From the human T2T-CHM13v2.0 reference genome, Homo sapiens: a stretch of 64,000 bases of DNA. The notes under the pieces are model-generated. The model had not been told where the DNA came from and searched no databases. It saw nothing but the letters and a program-made list of their open reading frames with translations. How positions within the stretch are numbered: the first letter of the stretch is position 1; each line of letters opens with the position of its first letter. Below are positions 13,671-31,563 of the stretch, piece after piece. The DNA lies in assembly GCF_009914755.1 (NCBI RefSeq), contig NC_060931.1. The stretch is one strand, 5' to 3'. The translations under genes were made by a program, and so were the position numbers.

Positions 13671-14923
13671 TCTCTTTATTTTACAAACTCTCACTCTACC
13701 ACAGAGTGACTGCCCAATGAGAATATTTATGAACTGACAAGCGCTCCAGTGCTATAATAACCATGGTATTATTTAAATATTATTGTAACATGACTTTTTA
13801 ACTTTTGACATTATCTTTTAAAAAACTTGTAAATATAGATAAATGAACAAATATAAACATAATAGTATCATTTAAAATTTTCTGAAATTGTTTTTGAAGA
13901 AATAATTTTGGTATGTGTTTTTTTTTAAAAAAAAAGAAAGAAAAATACTAATATCAGTTTAGTAATCAAATAAATCTCCTTCCATTCCTGACCACTAGCC
14001 CCTCAATCCTCCTCCCTAGAAAAATTCTGTGCCAATTTCTTGCTTTCTAAAAACGTTTCATTGCATAAGGTTCTCAGTATATATTGATAGTCTTTTAAAA
14101 GTTGTCATCAGTGCTAGCATACTAGCATAGCAGACTATACTGAACCATGCTTTTTTATTTTTGCGCAAACACACAAATATTTATTTTTAAATACAAAGAT
14201 ATAAAACTTGCCATAGTTGGAAATTTAAAAAATATATTGCAAATAAGATAGCAATCTGGTTACATTTTTAAGGAGATGGTGCCAAATTTTAAAAAAATCA
14301 ACAAAGTATTTGTGGCAAATGTTTTTATTTTTATATTAACAACTTATCTTGAGAATTATTCTTTATCATTTCTACGTCATTCTTTGTAATGGCTATCTGA
14401 TATTCTCTTTAATGTGTGTACCAGAAGATCACTGGAATTTCAGTACCATCTAATGACTCATACCTAAAAGTGTTTTTTATATATTCATCTTCCATTTATA
14501 TGTATTGACATTGATTCCCTTTGCATTATTATCTTCCATCTTTCTTTTATAAAGTACTTATAATCTAATTTTCTGCTTTTGGCTCAATGAGAACAGAATG
14601 ACATATCCCTTACAATACTGGAAGAAAGAAAAAAGTTGTTTTCTTGAAAATATAGCCAATAACATATATATTTATTTATAAAGATTTATGTATAAATTGT
14701 ATGCTTATTATAAAATTATATATAAAATGTATTTATATATGACTACATAAATTATAAAATATAAATTATAAGATTATAACATGCATTTTAAAATTATATG
14801 CATATAATTTATGAAATATTCTTAAAATATGTTTACATGCATGGTTTGAAGACTTGGACTTTTAAAAAGTTAAGGTATATCTACTTACATTTTGCATGTT
14901 TTTAATATCCTTTTTAAAAATAG

Positions 14924-15026
14924 ACACACAGGTGCTTTTGGTCATCTATCAGGACAAAACACTATAGACATTGCCCAGAAATTACTTGAGAGAAGCAACA
15001 GAAGAAGACGGTGGGTAAAATCCTAA
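14924..15026 (+). other. Candidate exon; open frame HTGAFGHLSGQNTIDIAQKLLERSNRRRRWVKS*
   Basis: Non-repetitive. Preceded by a T-rich tract and TAG/CAG acceptors (exon start 14924 or 14932). Donor-like ACG|GTGGGT at 15010, or a terminal exon with AATAAA at 15575. Gene not recognised. Confidence 0.3.
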
Positions 15027-16267
15027 GGAACACTGACATTGAATGATTGTGCTTATGAGGTGAGGATTAAAAGAGTTAGTAGCCTAGTCCGATTTTATAA
15101 TTTGAAGCCTGACTTTTCTCCAAACCCAGAGAGGAGAATTTTAAGCAATACCACCCTGGTCAATCGTCAGGTCACTGGAAATCATTGCCTTTTCACCTGG
15201 AATGCATGCCGCATTGCCTCACACATGGCTAATCCTTCAGGTCAACATGTCTCTCCACATTCTTTGTGGTTCCTCATATTGTAAAATCAACCCATCTTGA
15301 GTTTCATTACCTCAAGTTTACTGCTGGGTGGTTGGATAATTAATGTTTTCCAGAAATTTGAACTGCTAGGTTAAGGATATGCCAGATAATACTTTTATTA
15401 TAACAACTGCAGGGCTTCAAAGATGTCAAAAATCAGGCCCCAAGCAGAGTGCCTTGGCAGAAGACATATCCTGACTTCTCTTAAATTAGACCATAAAGTA
15501 GGAAGTTATATCACCATACTCTGTTTAAATTTCATACACTCTCTCTAGTTCTTTGCCCACTGAAGATGTTTTTTAATAAATTTATGTTGAATCAAGTTCC
15601 CTATTAATAATACCAAGAAGTTGTTACAATTGAGTTTATAATTTGAAGCCTGATTTTCTTATGTTCAGTGATTCATAGTTGAAAATCTCCTTTTTATATA
15701 GGAACTCAAGCAAATAAGAAGGCTATTTAAATTGTAATTAGAAAGCTAATTATATTTTGGGCAGAAGAATTACTGCATTCTTCAGTTGAGAAAATGCTGC
15801 CTAGAAACTTATATTATTTTTTCATTACTTAATACAACAATGTGAGACTATGTCTACCTGAGATATACTGTAGTATCTAACAATATAAAATTATTTCTAT
15901 CTAACTGCTTTGCTGGATTAATTTTATAGTTTAAGAAACTTTGAAAAATGTTTCATCATTAAGATAAGATTATCAAGTATAGTTCTTCATGACCAGCAGG
16001 CAGTTCTTCAGTCTTTTCTTAACCTAACTGGCTTTCTAGATTCTCTAATATTTAAGTTTCTGGTGTATGTTATCACTTTATATATATTTTTCTTTTAAAA
16101 GGTTTCTTCTTTAAAATTGTATTTACTCTAAAACAGCCTTAATCCCAAATAAGTAGCATACAAATAAACTTTGAATCCCATAGAATATATTCATTTAATA
16201 GGCAATAGTCAAACCTTCTCATGAATTAATAAAAATATTTTTCTATCTATCTTTAAAGCTACTTTTC

Positions 16268-16584
<317 letters not shown>

Positions 16585-17269
16585 CTACAAATTAGGCTGT
16601 TTTGAGCAGTTTTGTTTTGAGTTTTTGCCAAATTTGATTTGATTGACTTTTTCACCTTAATACCACAGCTGTTAAAATCCATTAGTCAAAGTACAAATAC
16701 ATCAACAATTGTTTTGACATTAAAAATATACAATTTAGAATGTTACAAAGGAGCTAACATAAATCTCTAAGAGAACTGATGAAGGTTATTTTCTCTTTCT
16801 CTCTATTTTTAAATTTGTGTTTAGCATGATTACAGTGATTATTTGTATGAGAGGAATGGAGTGCACATTATTTATCTTCTGGGCAATAATATTTATTACC
16901 TAAACACAGTTCTTTTATTACCTTTATTTTTTAACTTTTATAATAGTTTAAATTACAGACATAGTAATGCATTTTGTGATCTAACTGAAGTGACACCATA
17001 TAAAAATGTATGTATGCAGAATGAGTATATCTCCCATATCCTCTTCCACTTTCACACCCACATGTAACCAATGTGAAAAGCCTGTTGTGATAGTCTTCAG
17101 CCCTGTTTCCTCACTCAATGTATACAAGCATCAATGCACATTAAGAGAGACATTTATGTTTATCTGATTTTTAAAATTAATACATCATACTATACATTTT
17201 ATCCTGTACCTGATTAATTTTAATTAACCATGTATTATGGATACTCCTGCAATTCCACATGCATATCAT

Positions 17270-17880
17270 CTGTATAATACTAAGTCTCAGACAACTCAAA
17301 TAATAAAAGAATGAGCAAAGGATGTGAATAGGAAATAAAAAGAAAAGCCAGTGGAAATACAGAAGGCTAATAAACATGAAAAAACCCTCATTGTTAACAA
17401 GGAAAATGCAAATTTAAGTAATGAGACATCTCTTTATACCTATCAGATTGGCAAATATTTAAATGAATTAGGATGCTGGTCACAAATGAAGATGTAGGGA
17501 AAAAGCTGCATAAATTATAATATTTTTTAAAAAATAATCTTTTTTAAAATAGTGTATTAAAAATGTAATCTATCAATTATCTATCTGCTTATCAATAACC
17601 TATCATCTATTTAATTAAACTTTTAACCCAGAAATCCTAGGCATTGTTTTACTTTTAGATAGCTACTCCATATAAATAACAGCAATGACATTAAAAAATA
17701 TAGGAACAAGATGTTCATGTGGGGTGTTACGATAGGTCATGGGAGGGAGTTTATTTGAGAGGGATGCAGAAGGGAAAGGATAGATTCAAGCAAAATAAAA
17801 AATTAAAAGACTACCAAAAAAGAGAGTAATCTTATAATTCCATTTATGTAAGATTATATTACATGTATATGTATATCTGT
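17270..17880 (+). mobile_element. Old L1ME-type fragment
   Basis: ggaaaatgcaaatttaagtaatgagacatctctttatacctatcagattggcaaa. Confidence 0.55.
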
Positions 17881-19331
17881 ATTAGTTCATTAGAAAAAAT
17901 TCTATATCAACCTAAAATTTTACATTATTCAGGAGAAGACTTGTATATACTTCTTTAACACATCTGATTCTGAGAACAGTTATAGTAAATATACTCTTAT
18001 GACTGCAACTGGGAGTGACTTATTGCTCATAATACAATGTATAAAAGTTTTCCAAGGTTCATGCAGTCCTGCTACTTATTGTTTCATCTGTGGTGATTAG
18101 TTCTGTCTGTTAGTACTATTAAATAAGGAACTGGAACAAGTTTAATCTACTTTTTTTATTCAATAAACTGCAAGATCACTTTAAAGGACAAACAGCAGGA
18201 GTTGCCTCTTAAATATTTAAGAAAGATGAGAGTAATTAATTTCATGGTTAAAAGCATATTCATATTTTATTTTCATCAGTGGTTTTTCCAAATAATATCA
18301 ATATCATTGTACTTTTAAAAAGCATGTAAAGATTCTATGCTTCTGCAAGTGACAGTTGGTGTGATTTTATTTTAACTTTATGCTACTTACCCATATTAGT
18401 GTTATATAGAATCCTGGGATATGAAATTTATAGGTAAGAATTAAGTATACAAGTATCAAATTAGAACTGCTTAACTTTTATTCTAAGCACAATAATTATG
18501 CAGTTAAAGGACTACAGACAATAAAAATAAGCATTAATTGTGGGTCTTCAGGGTTACATATATTTCCCAAGCATCTGTTTTTTGAGGTTTTGTGTTTTGT
18601 GTATGTGTTTTTTATTATTGGTTGTTTGATTTTGTTATTTTTGGAGATCCTAAAATTTTCCACTGAACATATTGTGGTAATTGTTTCATGTAATGTAATA
18701 TTATTATTTTGTAGTTGTTCCATAGTTCTTGAATATTCTGCTCTGTTTTTTGTTGTTGTTGTTCTCTTTGCTTTTCAGTTTTGGAGGTGTCTATTGAGAT
18801 ATATATTAAAACTCAGAGATTCTTTCCTCAGCTCTATTCAGTCTACTAATAAGCCCATCAAAGGCATTTTTGTTTCTGTTACAGTGTTTTTGATCTCTAG
18901 CATCTTAGGGTTTCCATCTTTCTATTTACATTGCCCATTTGTTCGTATATGCTATCTACTTTATCCATTAGAGACCTTAGCATATTATCATAGTTTTTTA
19001 AATTTTCTGTCTGATAATTCCAATATCCCTGCCATGTTCAATTCTGATGCTTGTTCCTCTTCAGACTGTGTTATTTGCCTTTTAGTATGCCTTGTAATTT
19101 TTCCTTGATAGCCAAATACGTTGTACTAGGTGAAAGAAACTGCTATACATAGGCCTATAGTAATGTGGAGATAAAGTGTGTGGTGAAGGGAAGAGTTCTA
19201 TAGTCCTATGATTAGGTCTTAGTCATTTAGTGAGTCTCTGTTCCTCTAGACTGTGAATTTTACATTTTTTTTAGTACCTGCATCCCCACTATTGGTACTT
19301 AGAAAACAATATCTCAGAATACGGGGCCTTG

Positions 19332-19917
19332 TGAGAGAGGAGAAGGAAGAAATGGGTCAAGCAGGCAGTTAGGGTGGGTCCTCGGTCCAATTATTTCAAA
19401 CAGAAGAACAGCCTGAAAACTCAAGCTTCAGGTACAGATAAGGGAACTTCCATATTGGGGGGCTTGCCCAAGACATGCCCACAGTCTCATAGATAAGAAA
19501 GGCTACACAGGTGACTTGTTCAAACATGCCCTTAATGGACAATTTTATCCCCTAACACATGTGCAGTAAGTGGAACAAAGCAATATGGAGTAATTCAAGC
19601 TAAGGGCCTGCATGTGCACTAGGAGGACAGGGCAGAGCTGCCAGAAATTAGCACCTTATGCAAATGAGCTGCCCAGTCCTCACTGGTTTATTATAAAAGC
19701 CCTTGCATTCAACTGTAAAAACAGCAACCTTCTTCTAGGCCCACTCTCCACAGCAGAGAGCTTTCTTCTTTTGCTTATTAAACTTTCACCCTTTCACCTT
19801 CTAACCTCACCCTTTTTGTCTATGCTCCTTAATTCTCTTGGTCATGAGACAAAAACTCCAGGTGATACCTTACAAGTAGAGACTGCTACATTGTGGTGCA
19901 CTGGTGAGACTGTAATA
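19332..19917 (+). mobile_element. Solo LTR, ERV1 (MER61/MER83-like), nested in another LTR fragment (about 19290-20130)
   Basis: Begins tgagagaggagaaggaagaa...ggcagttagggtgggtcctcgg. TATA-like tataaaag near 19693 and attaaa near 19777. Flanks cttg/ctta. Confidence 0.65.
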
Positions 19918-20325
19918 CTTAGAGTGTTAACTGCTTCAAAAATGGAAAGTCCTTAGAAATAAGCCATCCAACCAAGTTTTCTCTGTGACTTTCCCCACAA
20001 TCTCTGTCTTTCAATTCTCTCTCTCTCCCAAAGCACAGGAGGAGCCTGTTCTCTGAAGTTTCTTCATTTACCTAGATCCTCAAAAGATCTCCAAAGAGAA
20101 ACACAATTGTCTTCTATTCCTTTGCTGAAAGGTGCAGTGAAGGGGGAAGATTTCTTCACTCCTACACCACCTTTTGGTGTGACAGGATGACCAGAGCTGG
20201 CTGGAATTGGGTATTTCTCTTTTTCCAAATCAATTAGGCTCTGATAAAACCCCAGCAGGTTAGGCTCTGGTTAAGTAGTTTTACCTGAGGGCAGATCTTC
20301 TTAAGAAGAACAGAATGTTTTAGTG

Positions 20326-20540
20326 TATAGTAAGGGTTCACTTAACTTTGTCAAAAGGTTCTTGGAAACAGTAACTTTAAAGGAGACAACATATAAGGAA
20401 ACCAATTTTTTTTGTTGTTTTCTCATCATCAACCTTATAATGAAAAGACTTTCAACAAACCGACATTATTCTAGGACCTGCTCTTCAGTTATTTCATTAA
20501 AGCTGCGGTTCCCAAGGACCTGTCTATGATATTAAGTGAG
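20326..20540. mobile_element. MER82-like (TcMar-Tigger) internally deleted element with an inverted copy of one end
   Basis: tcacttaactttgtcaaaaggttcttggaaac is mirrored by gttcccaaggacctgtctatgatattaagtga; gacattattctaggacctgct resembles the other terminus. Confidence 0.55.
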
Positions 20541-20791
20541 TGTATTTCAAAATGGTTTCTTCCTCCCTCTGCTGCCAGAAACAGGAAATAATTTTTCCTA
20601 AATATTTATTGTGAGAATTTGGTCATATTCCTAGAAGTAAAACTCACAAAAGTGTGGGGACTCCTGATAACTGAAGTTATTAAGTCTCTGACTCCTCTAC
20701 ACTTAGCCTCCAACAATTACTCCATTACAGTTCAGGTTTTCTACCCAGGCACTGGTTCCCACATAGGTTTCTGCTCTGGTAGGCTAAACTG

Positions 20792-21424
20792 TGTAACCAC
20801 CCTACAAATTCTTCCTGCCTGCTGCACAAAATCAACTCACAGAGACCACAGCATTGCAGTAAAGACAGTTTAACTGATGCAAGGCCAGCTAGGCCACATG
20901 GAAGACAGAGTTATTACTCAAATCAATCTCTCTGAAGGCTTGGAGGTTAGGGGTTTTTCAAAGATAGTTTTGTGAGCAGGGGCTAGGGAAGGGGGCATGC
21001 TGATTGGTTGGGGATGCAATCAAAGGGGTGTGGAAAATTGTCCTCATGTGCTGAGTTAGCTTCTAGGTGGGGGCCATAGGACTAGTTGAGTTCTGGAAAG
21101 ACACCCAAAAGGCCAATCTTAAGTTCTTAAAGGGTAATTGGGAAAGTTGCAAATCTTATGACATCCAGAATAAATGCTAGTAATTAGTTAGAATTCGAGC
21201 CCCTCTCATCCTCTTAATTGGTGGCCTTTCATTAGTTTTACAAGAACAATATAGTCTTTGAGAAGAGCTATTATGATTTAAATTATAAACTAAATTCCTC
21301 CCAATGTTAGCTTGGCCCATGCCCAGGAATGAGCAAAGATAGCCAGCCTATGAAGTTAGAAGCAAGACGGAGTCAGTTATGTCATAATGGCTCTTACTGT
21401 CACACTTTCGCTAAGGCAATTTTA
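20792..21424 (-). mobile_element. Solo LTR, ERV1 MER4 group (LTR8-like), 4-bp TSD actg
   Basis: tgtaaccacc...gagttattactcaaatcaatctc...; actg at 20788-20791 and 21425-21428. Confidence 0.75.
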
Positions 21425-22116
21425 ACTGCCTCCGTATCTGCTTGTTTTGTCTCTCCAGTTTTGAAGGCAGCAGTTTGCCCTGTGACCTCATTTCCCTTAC
21501 TGATTCAGGAGGAGTTGCTGATTTTTCTGTTTGTTCAGCTTTTTCTAGTCACTAGAACAGACTGGTGACTTCTATGCTGCTTACATGTGCAATTGAAAAG
21601 CAGAACCTCCTGTATAATATTATTCTAACATTTTTAAATTGTTTCAGGATATGACCAATATTTTTCACATCTTCTACTATTAAAAATAATACATGTCTAT
21701 GAACACAGAAAAATAACAACTAACCAAAACTATCAACCATAACATTTTTCCAAAAATTTTCATCTCATTATTAAACACAAAATATTAGTGTTTAGCAGTT
21801 CTTTGAGAAATGATTTACAAATAGTAAATATTTTTGTCTTTATGTGGCTGAAAATAAATGTCAGTCTGCCTCTCTCTCAAAAGATACATTCATTTTTTTC
21901 CATTATTTTATTATTATACTTTAAGTTCTATGGTACATATGCACAACGTCTAGGTTTGTTACATATGTATACATGTGCCATGATGGTGTGCTGCACCCAT
22001 TAACTCCTCATTTACATTAGGTACATCTTCTAATGCTATCCCTCCCCATTCCCCCTACCCCATGACAGGCCCCAGTGTGTGAGGTTCCCCTTCCTGTGTC
22101 CAACTGTTCTCATTGC

Positions 22117-25911
<3,795 letters not shown>

Positions 25912-25974
25912 TATGATGTTAGCTGGTTATTTTGCTCGTTAGTTGATGCAGTTTCTTCCTAGCATCAATGATCT

Positions 25975-26985
25975 TTACAATTTTGCATGTTTTTGAAGTG
26001 GCTGGTACTGGTTGTTCCTTTCCATGTTTAGTGCTTCCTTCAGGAGCTCTTGTAAGGCAGGCCTGGTGGTGACAAAATCTCTCAGCATTTGCTTGTTTGT
26101 AAAGGATTTTATTTCTCCTTCACTTATGAAGCTTAGTTTGGCTGGATATGAAATTCTGGGTTGAAAATTCTTTTCTTTAAGAATGTTGAATATTGGCCCC
26201 CACTCTCTTCTGGCTTGTAGAGTTTCTGCCGAGAGATCCACTGTTAGTCTGATGGGCTTCCCTTTGTGGGTAACCCGACCTTTCTCTCTGGCTGCCCTTA
26301 ACATTTTTTCCTTCATTCGAACTTTGGTGAATCTGACAATTATGTGTCTTGGAGTTGCTCTGCTCGAGGAGTATCTTTGTGGCATTCTCTGTATTTCCTG
26401 AATTTGAATGCTGGCCTGCCTTGCTAGATTGGGGAAGTTCTCCCAGATAATATCCTGCAGAGTGTTTTCCAACTTGCTTCCATTCTCCCCGTTGCTTTCA
26501 GGTACACCAATCAGACATTGAGTTGGTCTTTTCCCATAGTCCCATATTTCTTGGAGGCTTTGTTTCTTTTTACTCTTTTTTCTCTAAACTTCTCTTCTCA
26601 CTTCATTTCATTCATTTGATCTTCAATCACTGATACCCTTTCTTCCAGTTGATGGAATCGGCTACTGAAGCTTGTGCATGTGTCACGTAGTTTTCAAGCC
26701 ATGGTTTTCAGCCCCATCAGGTCATTTAAGATCTTTTCTACACTGGTTATTCTACTTAGCCATTCATGTAATCTTTTTTCAAGGGTTTTATCTTCTTTGC
26801 AATGGGTTCGAACATCCTCCGTTAGCTCAGAGAAGTTTGATCATCTGAAGCCTTCTTCTCTCAACTCATCAAAGTCATTCTCCGTCCAGCTGTATTCTGC
26901 TGCTGGCGAGGAGCTGTGTTCCTTTGGAGGAGAAGAGGAGCTCAATTTTTAAAATTTTCAGCTTTTCTGCTTTGGTTTCTCATTA
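25975..26985 (-). pseudogene. L1 ORF1, start codon lost and 5' part disrupted
   Basis: ORF 25975-26472 ENTLQDII...KHAKL is the ORF1p C-terminal half. Confidence 0.93.
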
Positions 26986-29949
26986 TCTTTGTGGTTTTAT
27001 CTACCTTTGGTCTTTGATGATTGTGACATACAGATGGGGTTTTGGTGTGGATGTCCTTTCTGTTTGTTAGTTTTCCTTCTAACAAACAGGACCCTCAGCT
27101 GCAGGTCTGTTGGAGTTTGCTGGAGGTCCACTCCAGACCATGTTTGCCTGGGTATCACCAGCAGGGGCTGCAGAACAGCAAATATTGCAGAACAGCAAAT
27201 GTTGCTGCCTGATCGTTCCTCTGGAAGCTTCATCTCAGAGGGGCACATGGCCGTGTGAGGTGTCAGTCAGCCCCTACTGGGAGGTGCCTCCCAGTTAGGC
27301 TACTCGGGGGTCAGGGACCCATTTGAGGAGGCAGTCTGTCCATTCTCAGATCTCCAGCTGCATGTTGGGAGAACAACTACTCTCTTCAAAGTTGTCAGAC
27401 AGGGACATTTAAGTCTGTAGAATTTTCTGCTGCCTTTTTTTCAGCTATGCCCTGCCCCTAGAGGTGGAGTGTACAGAGGCAGGGAGGCCTCCTTGAGCTG
27501 CAGTGGGCTCCACCCAGTTCCAGTTTTGCAGCCACTTTGTTTACCCACTCAAGCCTCAGCAATGGCGGGCGCCCCTTCCCCAGCTTCGCTGCTGCCTTGC
27601 AGTTCGTTCTCAGACTGCTGTGCTAGCAATGAGCAAGGCTCCATGGGTGTGGAACCCTCTGAGACATGCCCGGGATATAATCTCCTGGTGTGCCATTTGC
27701 TAAGACCATTGGAAAAGCACAGTATTAGGGTGGGAGTCACCTGATTTTCCAGGTGCCGTCTGTTCACAGCTTCCCTTGGCTAGGTAAGGGAATTCCCTGA
27801 CTCCTTGCGCTTCCTGGGTGAGGTGATGCCTTGCCCTGCTTCGGCTCACGCTCAGTGGGCTGCACCCACTGTCCTGCACCCACTGTCTGACAAGCCCCAG
27901 TGAGATTAACCTGGTACCTCACTTGGAAATGCAGAAATCACCTGTCTTCTGCGTCGCTCATGCTGGGAGCCATAGACTGGAGCTGTTCCTATTCAGCCAT
28001 CTTCTTGGCACTGATACATTCATGTTTCATGCAATTCTGGGATTAAGTTACCTTTTCTAACTATAGTACTTTGAATATTTTAACCACTATTATTTGTAAC
28101 CTATTATTGCTCATGAGAATTGCAGTGTTAATATATTCCCTCTAGTAGATTTTGAAATATTCCTTCCATTTGAAATGCAAAGCTTTCTCACCATAATGTA
28201 TCTATGTGCTTTTTAAACTTGAAGATTTATGGCTTATCTCAACTTTTAAAATTTGCAGAATTTATCTCTTTAAATATTGTCTCTTACTCATCTTCCTTAT
28301 CAATCCAGCATCCCTGAAAGATGGATATTGGTACTTCTCAATTCATTTTCTTGCATTTTTATTTATCTTTCACGTTTTCCTTCTCTAGCTGTTGTTTCCT
28401 TAGTAATTTCATCCCTTCTATCATCTAATTTCTTAATTTTCTATTGAAGTTTTTCCTCTACTAAGTTTATTTTTATTACAATCACTGAATTTTTCATATT
28501 TCTATGATTTCTAATTATTCTTTATCAAATTTACCTAGCTATATCTATCATCTATATAAATAAATATACATTGAAAACAATTGATAAACAGAGGACACAT
28601 ACATCAGCTGATCGTGTTTTATAACTCTTCCCCCTCCTTTTTTGCTTTAAGGATTTTAACCTCATTTATTTTGAAGTCATTTTTTAAATGATCTACTTGG
28701 GAGGTTTTTAACTGTGTTTAGTGGATTTATATTTCCTCATTTGCTTTGGATTTCTTTTTCCTTAGCTAGTCTTATTTGAGAGTAGTCCTTTTCTTTTGCT
28801 TGACCCTTCCTTGTGCATTGCACAGGTTCAAAAATCAGGGAAATGCATACCTCCATCCCAGTTCTTATTTTATAAGGTGGAGAATTATGATTCAAGAGAA
28901 AATTGTAGCTCCTGTCTTCCAACAAAATGCAGCAGGCAGGTATTCGTTTGCTTTCTTCCTCCTAATTTCACCACGAGCAAGGAGAACATACAACTGTAAA
29001 TAACTATCTAGATACAACCATGAACAAGCAGGGCGAGCTTTTACATAATCAAGGAGCACAGCTGATTCTCTTGCTTCCTGTGCAGGGCCTGATTCTGGAT
29101 CCTGATAATCTGTCAGGTTTCAGTGTCTTTTGGATAGGATTTGGGACCCCAGGCTCTGCTACTACTCCCGATATTCATTCTTTAGTGAATACCAGCATCT
29201 GCTGGGCTCAGAGATGTGCATTTCTATCTTATGTCTATGTGGCAGATAGTCTTCTATTCATCTCTATTTCTCTTACTGCATCTGTGATTGTTTGATAAAA
29301 AAAATTATAGCTATTATTTTAATATTTTTGTCATGAAGTGAGAAGACTCCCTGTGTTCTTTTTCATCCATTTGCCGTAAGTACTCTTCCCTGAACCATTA
29401 CTAAAAATAACTATTTCAGTCATGTGGTATATAGATGGTTGCTTTTCTTTCCCTTTTTCTTCCTAAATCCTAAAAGCACAAAGGCAGGCCTTTCTCCATT
29501 CCAAATTGTTGTAGAAGTGGAGTGCATTTGGACTGTTGGCTAACACCAAAAGCATCAAATGTATTGGAATGAATATATTATCATCTTTTAGATTGTCTCC
29601 ATTAGTCACATGCACAGATCTTTTTGCCATGATCTAATAAAGATCTATCCTGTTGATCTAGTTACACAAGGAAAGTTAACACAGTAAAATAATATAGTGA
29701 AACATCCATCACTCTTTCTTTTAATTCAAATTTTGTCACAATATTTCAAAGACTGCAAACTGACTTTCAACAGTAAACTTACGACATCATTTAATTTACT
29801 TTTATGCTTATTTTTCTTTCACAATTGATGAACTATTAAGCCATGTACAAGAGAGTATGTATTTTCTGAAGCACTTGAAAAAATCAGGTATAAATTTTGC
29901 GGTTTGAACATTAAGGATTTTATTTTAGAATAATTTCTTCTAAAGAAAA

Positions 29950-30190
29950 AGGAAGTTAGAACATGGGTTCTGGAGCCAGGATACCTGAATTTGAATCTAC
30001 TCTCTGCTACTTACTCATCACATGGCCTTAGGTAAGTTACTTACCTTTGCTGTTGCTCAGTTTCCTAGCCAATATAATAGGATTATTATATTACCTGCTT
30101 CAGGAGATCATTGTGAGATTCAAATAATTAAAATATGTACAGTGCTTAGAAGAGTGTCCGATACAGAGTAAGCATGTAGTCTTAGCAGTT
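29950..30190 (+). mobile_element. MIR
   Basis: gggttctggagccagga...ggtaagttacttacct...ctcagtttcct...gtgcttagaagagtg. Confidence 0.8.
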
Positions 30191-30277
30191 ACAGAAACTT
30201 AAGAGTCAGCAGTCTGTTTGACAAACGTAGTGGAAATAACAGTAAAGATACCCTGTATTTTTATTTAGCCATGGCAG

Positions 30278-30632
<355 letters not shown>

Positions 30633-31189
30633 TAAGCTTTCAATTGAAATGGTGTGGTATATCATAAGTAATAAATAAATTTTCCCCAATATTTGCCCCT
30701 CTCTGCTTCTAAAGAACCTTTGATCCCTTAAGATTTCTTTCACTTTTTTTTTTTAAGTGTCCCCCTGGGGCATTTCAAATTACACATTTAAAGTTGGCTT
30801 TCATCAGCTGTGCCACTGCTGTCCACTCACTCTGGATGAGGGGCTAATGCTTTTGCTTGCTGTTCTCACCGTAGAGCCAGCCTTCCATTGCTTTCTATGC
30901 AGTTGCCCTAAGTGCCAACGTTTGCTACTGCTTCAGAGTGGGTACTAATGAAGATACCAAGGCTACCCACCACAGGCTCAGGAAATAAGCTGTAGTGTGT
31001 GCCCTAATAATGCTGTGCTGTGAGATCCTGATGTCAAAGCCACACTGCATTATTCATCATTCAGGAAGCTACAACTCCTACTGCAGTTGTCTTAAGATTC
31101 TCAGTCTCTCACACTAATTTTTGTTTGAAAATAGTTCTTGAACCTTTTATTTATAGCTTCCGTATCCTTACAACACCTATGCAAATCTA

Positions 31190-31563
<374 letters not shown>

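Larger units (their letters stand above)
18700..21610 (-). mobile_element. Old L1M 5' region interrupted by nested LTRs and MER82
   Basis: Antisense L1M ORF1/5' text (ctcagagattctttcctcagctctattcagtctactaataagcccatcaaaggcatt) resumes after each insertion. Confidence 0.6.

Noticed and set aside
18590-19108. 172-aa hydrophobic ORF resembling a membrane protein
   Set aside because: T-rich antisense strand of an old L1M; the hydrophobicity is compositional and the start is non-ATG.
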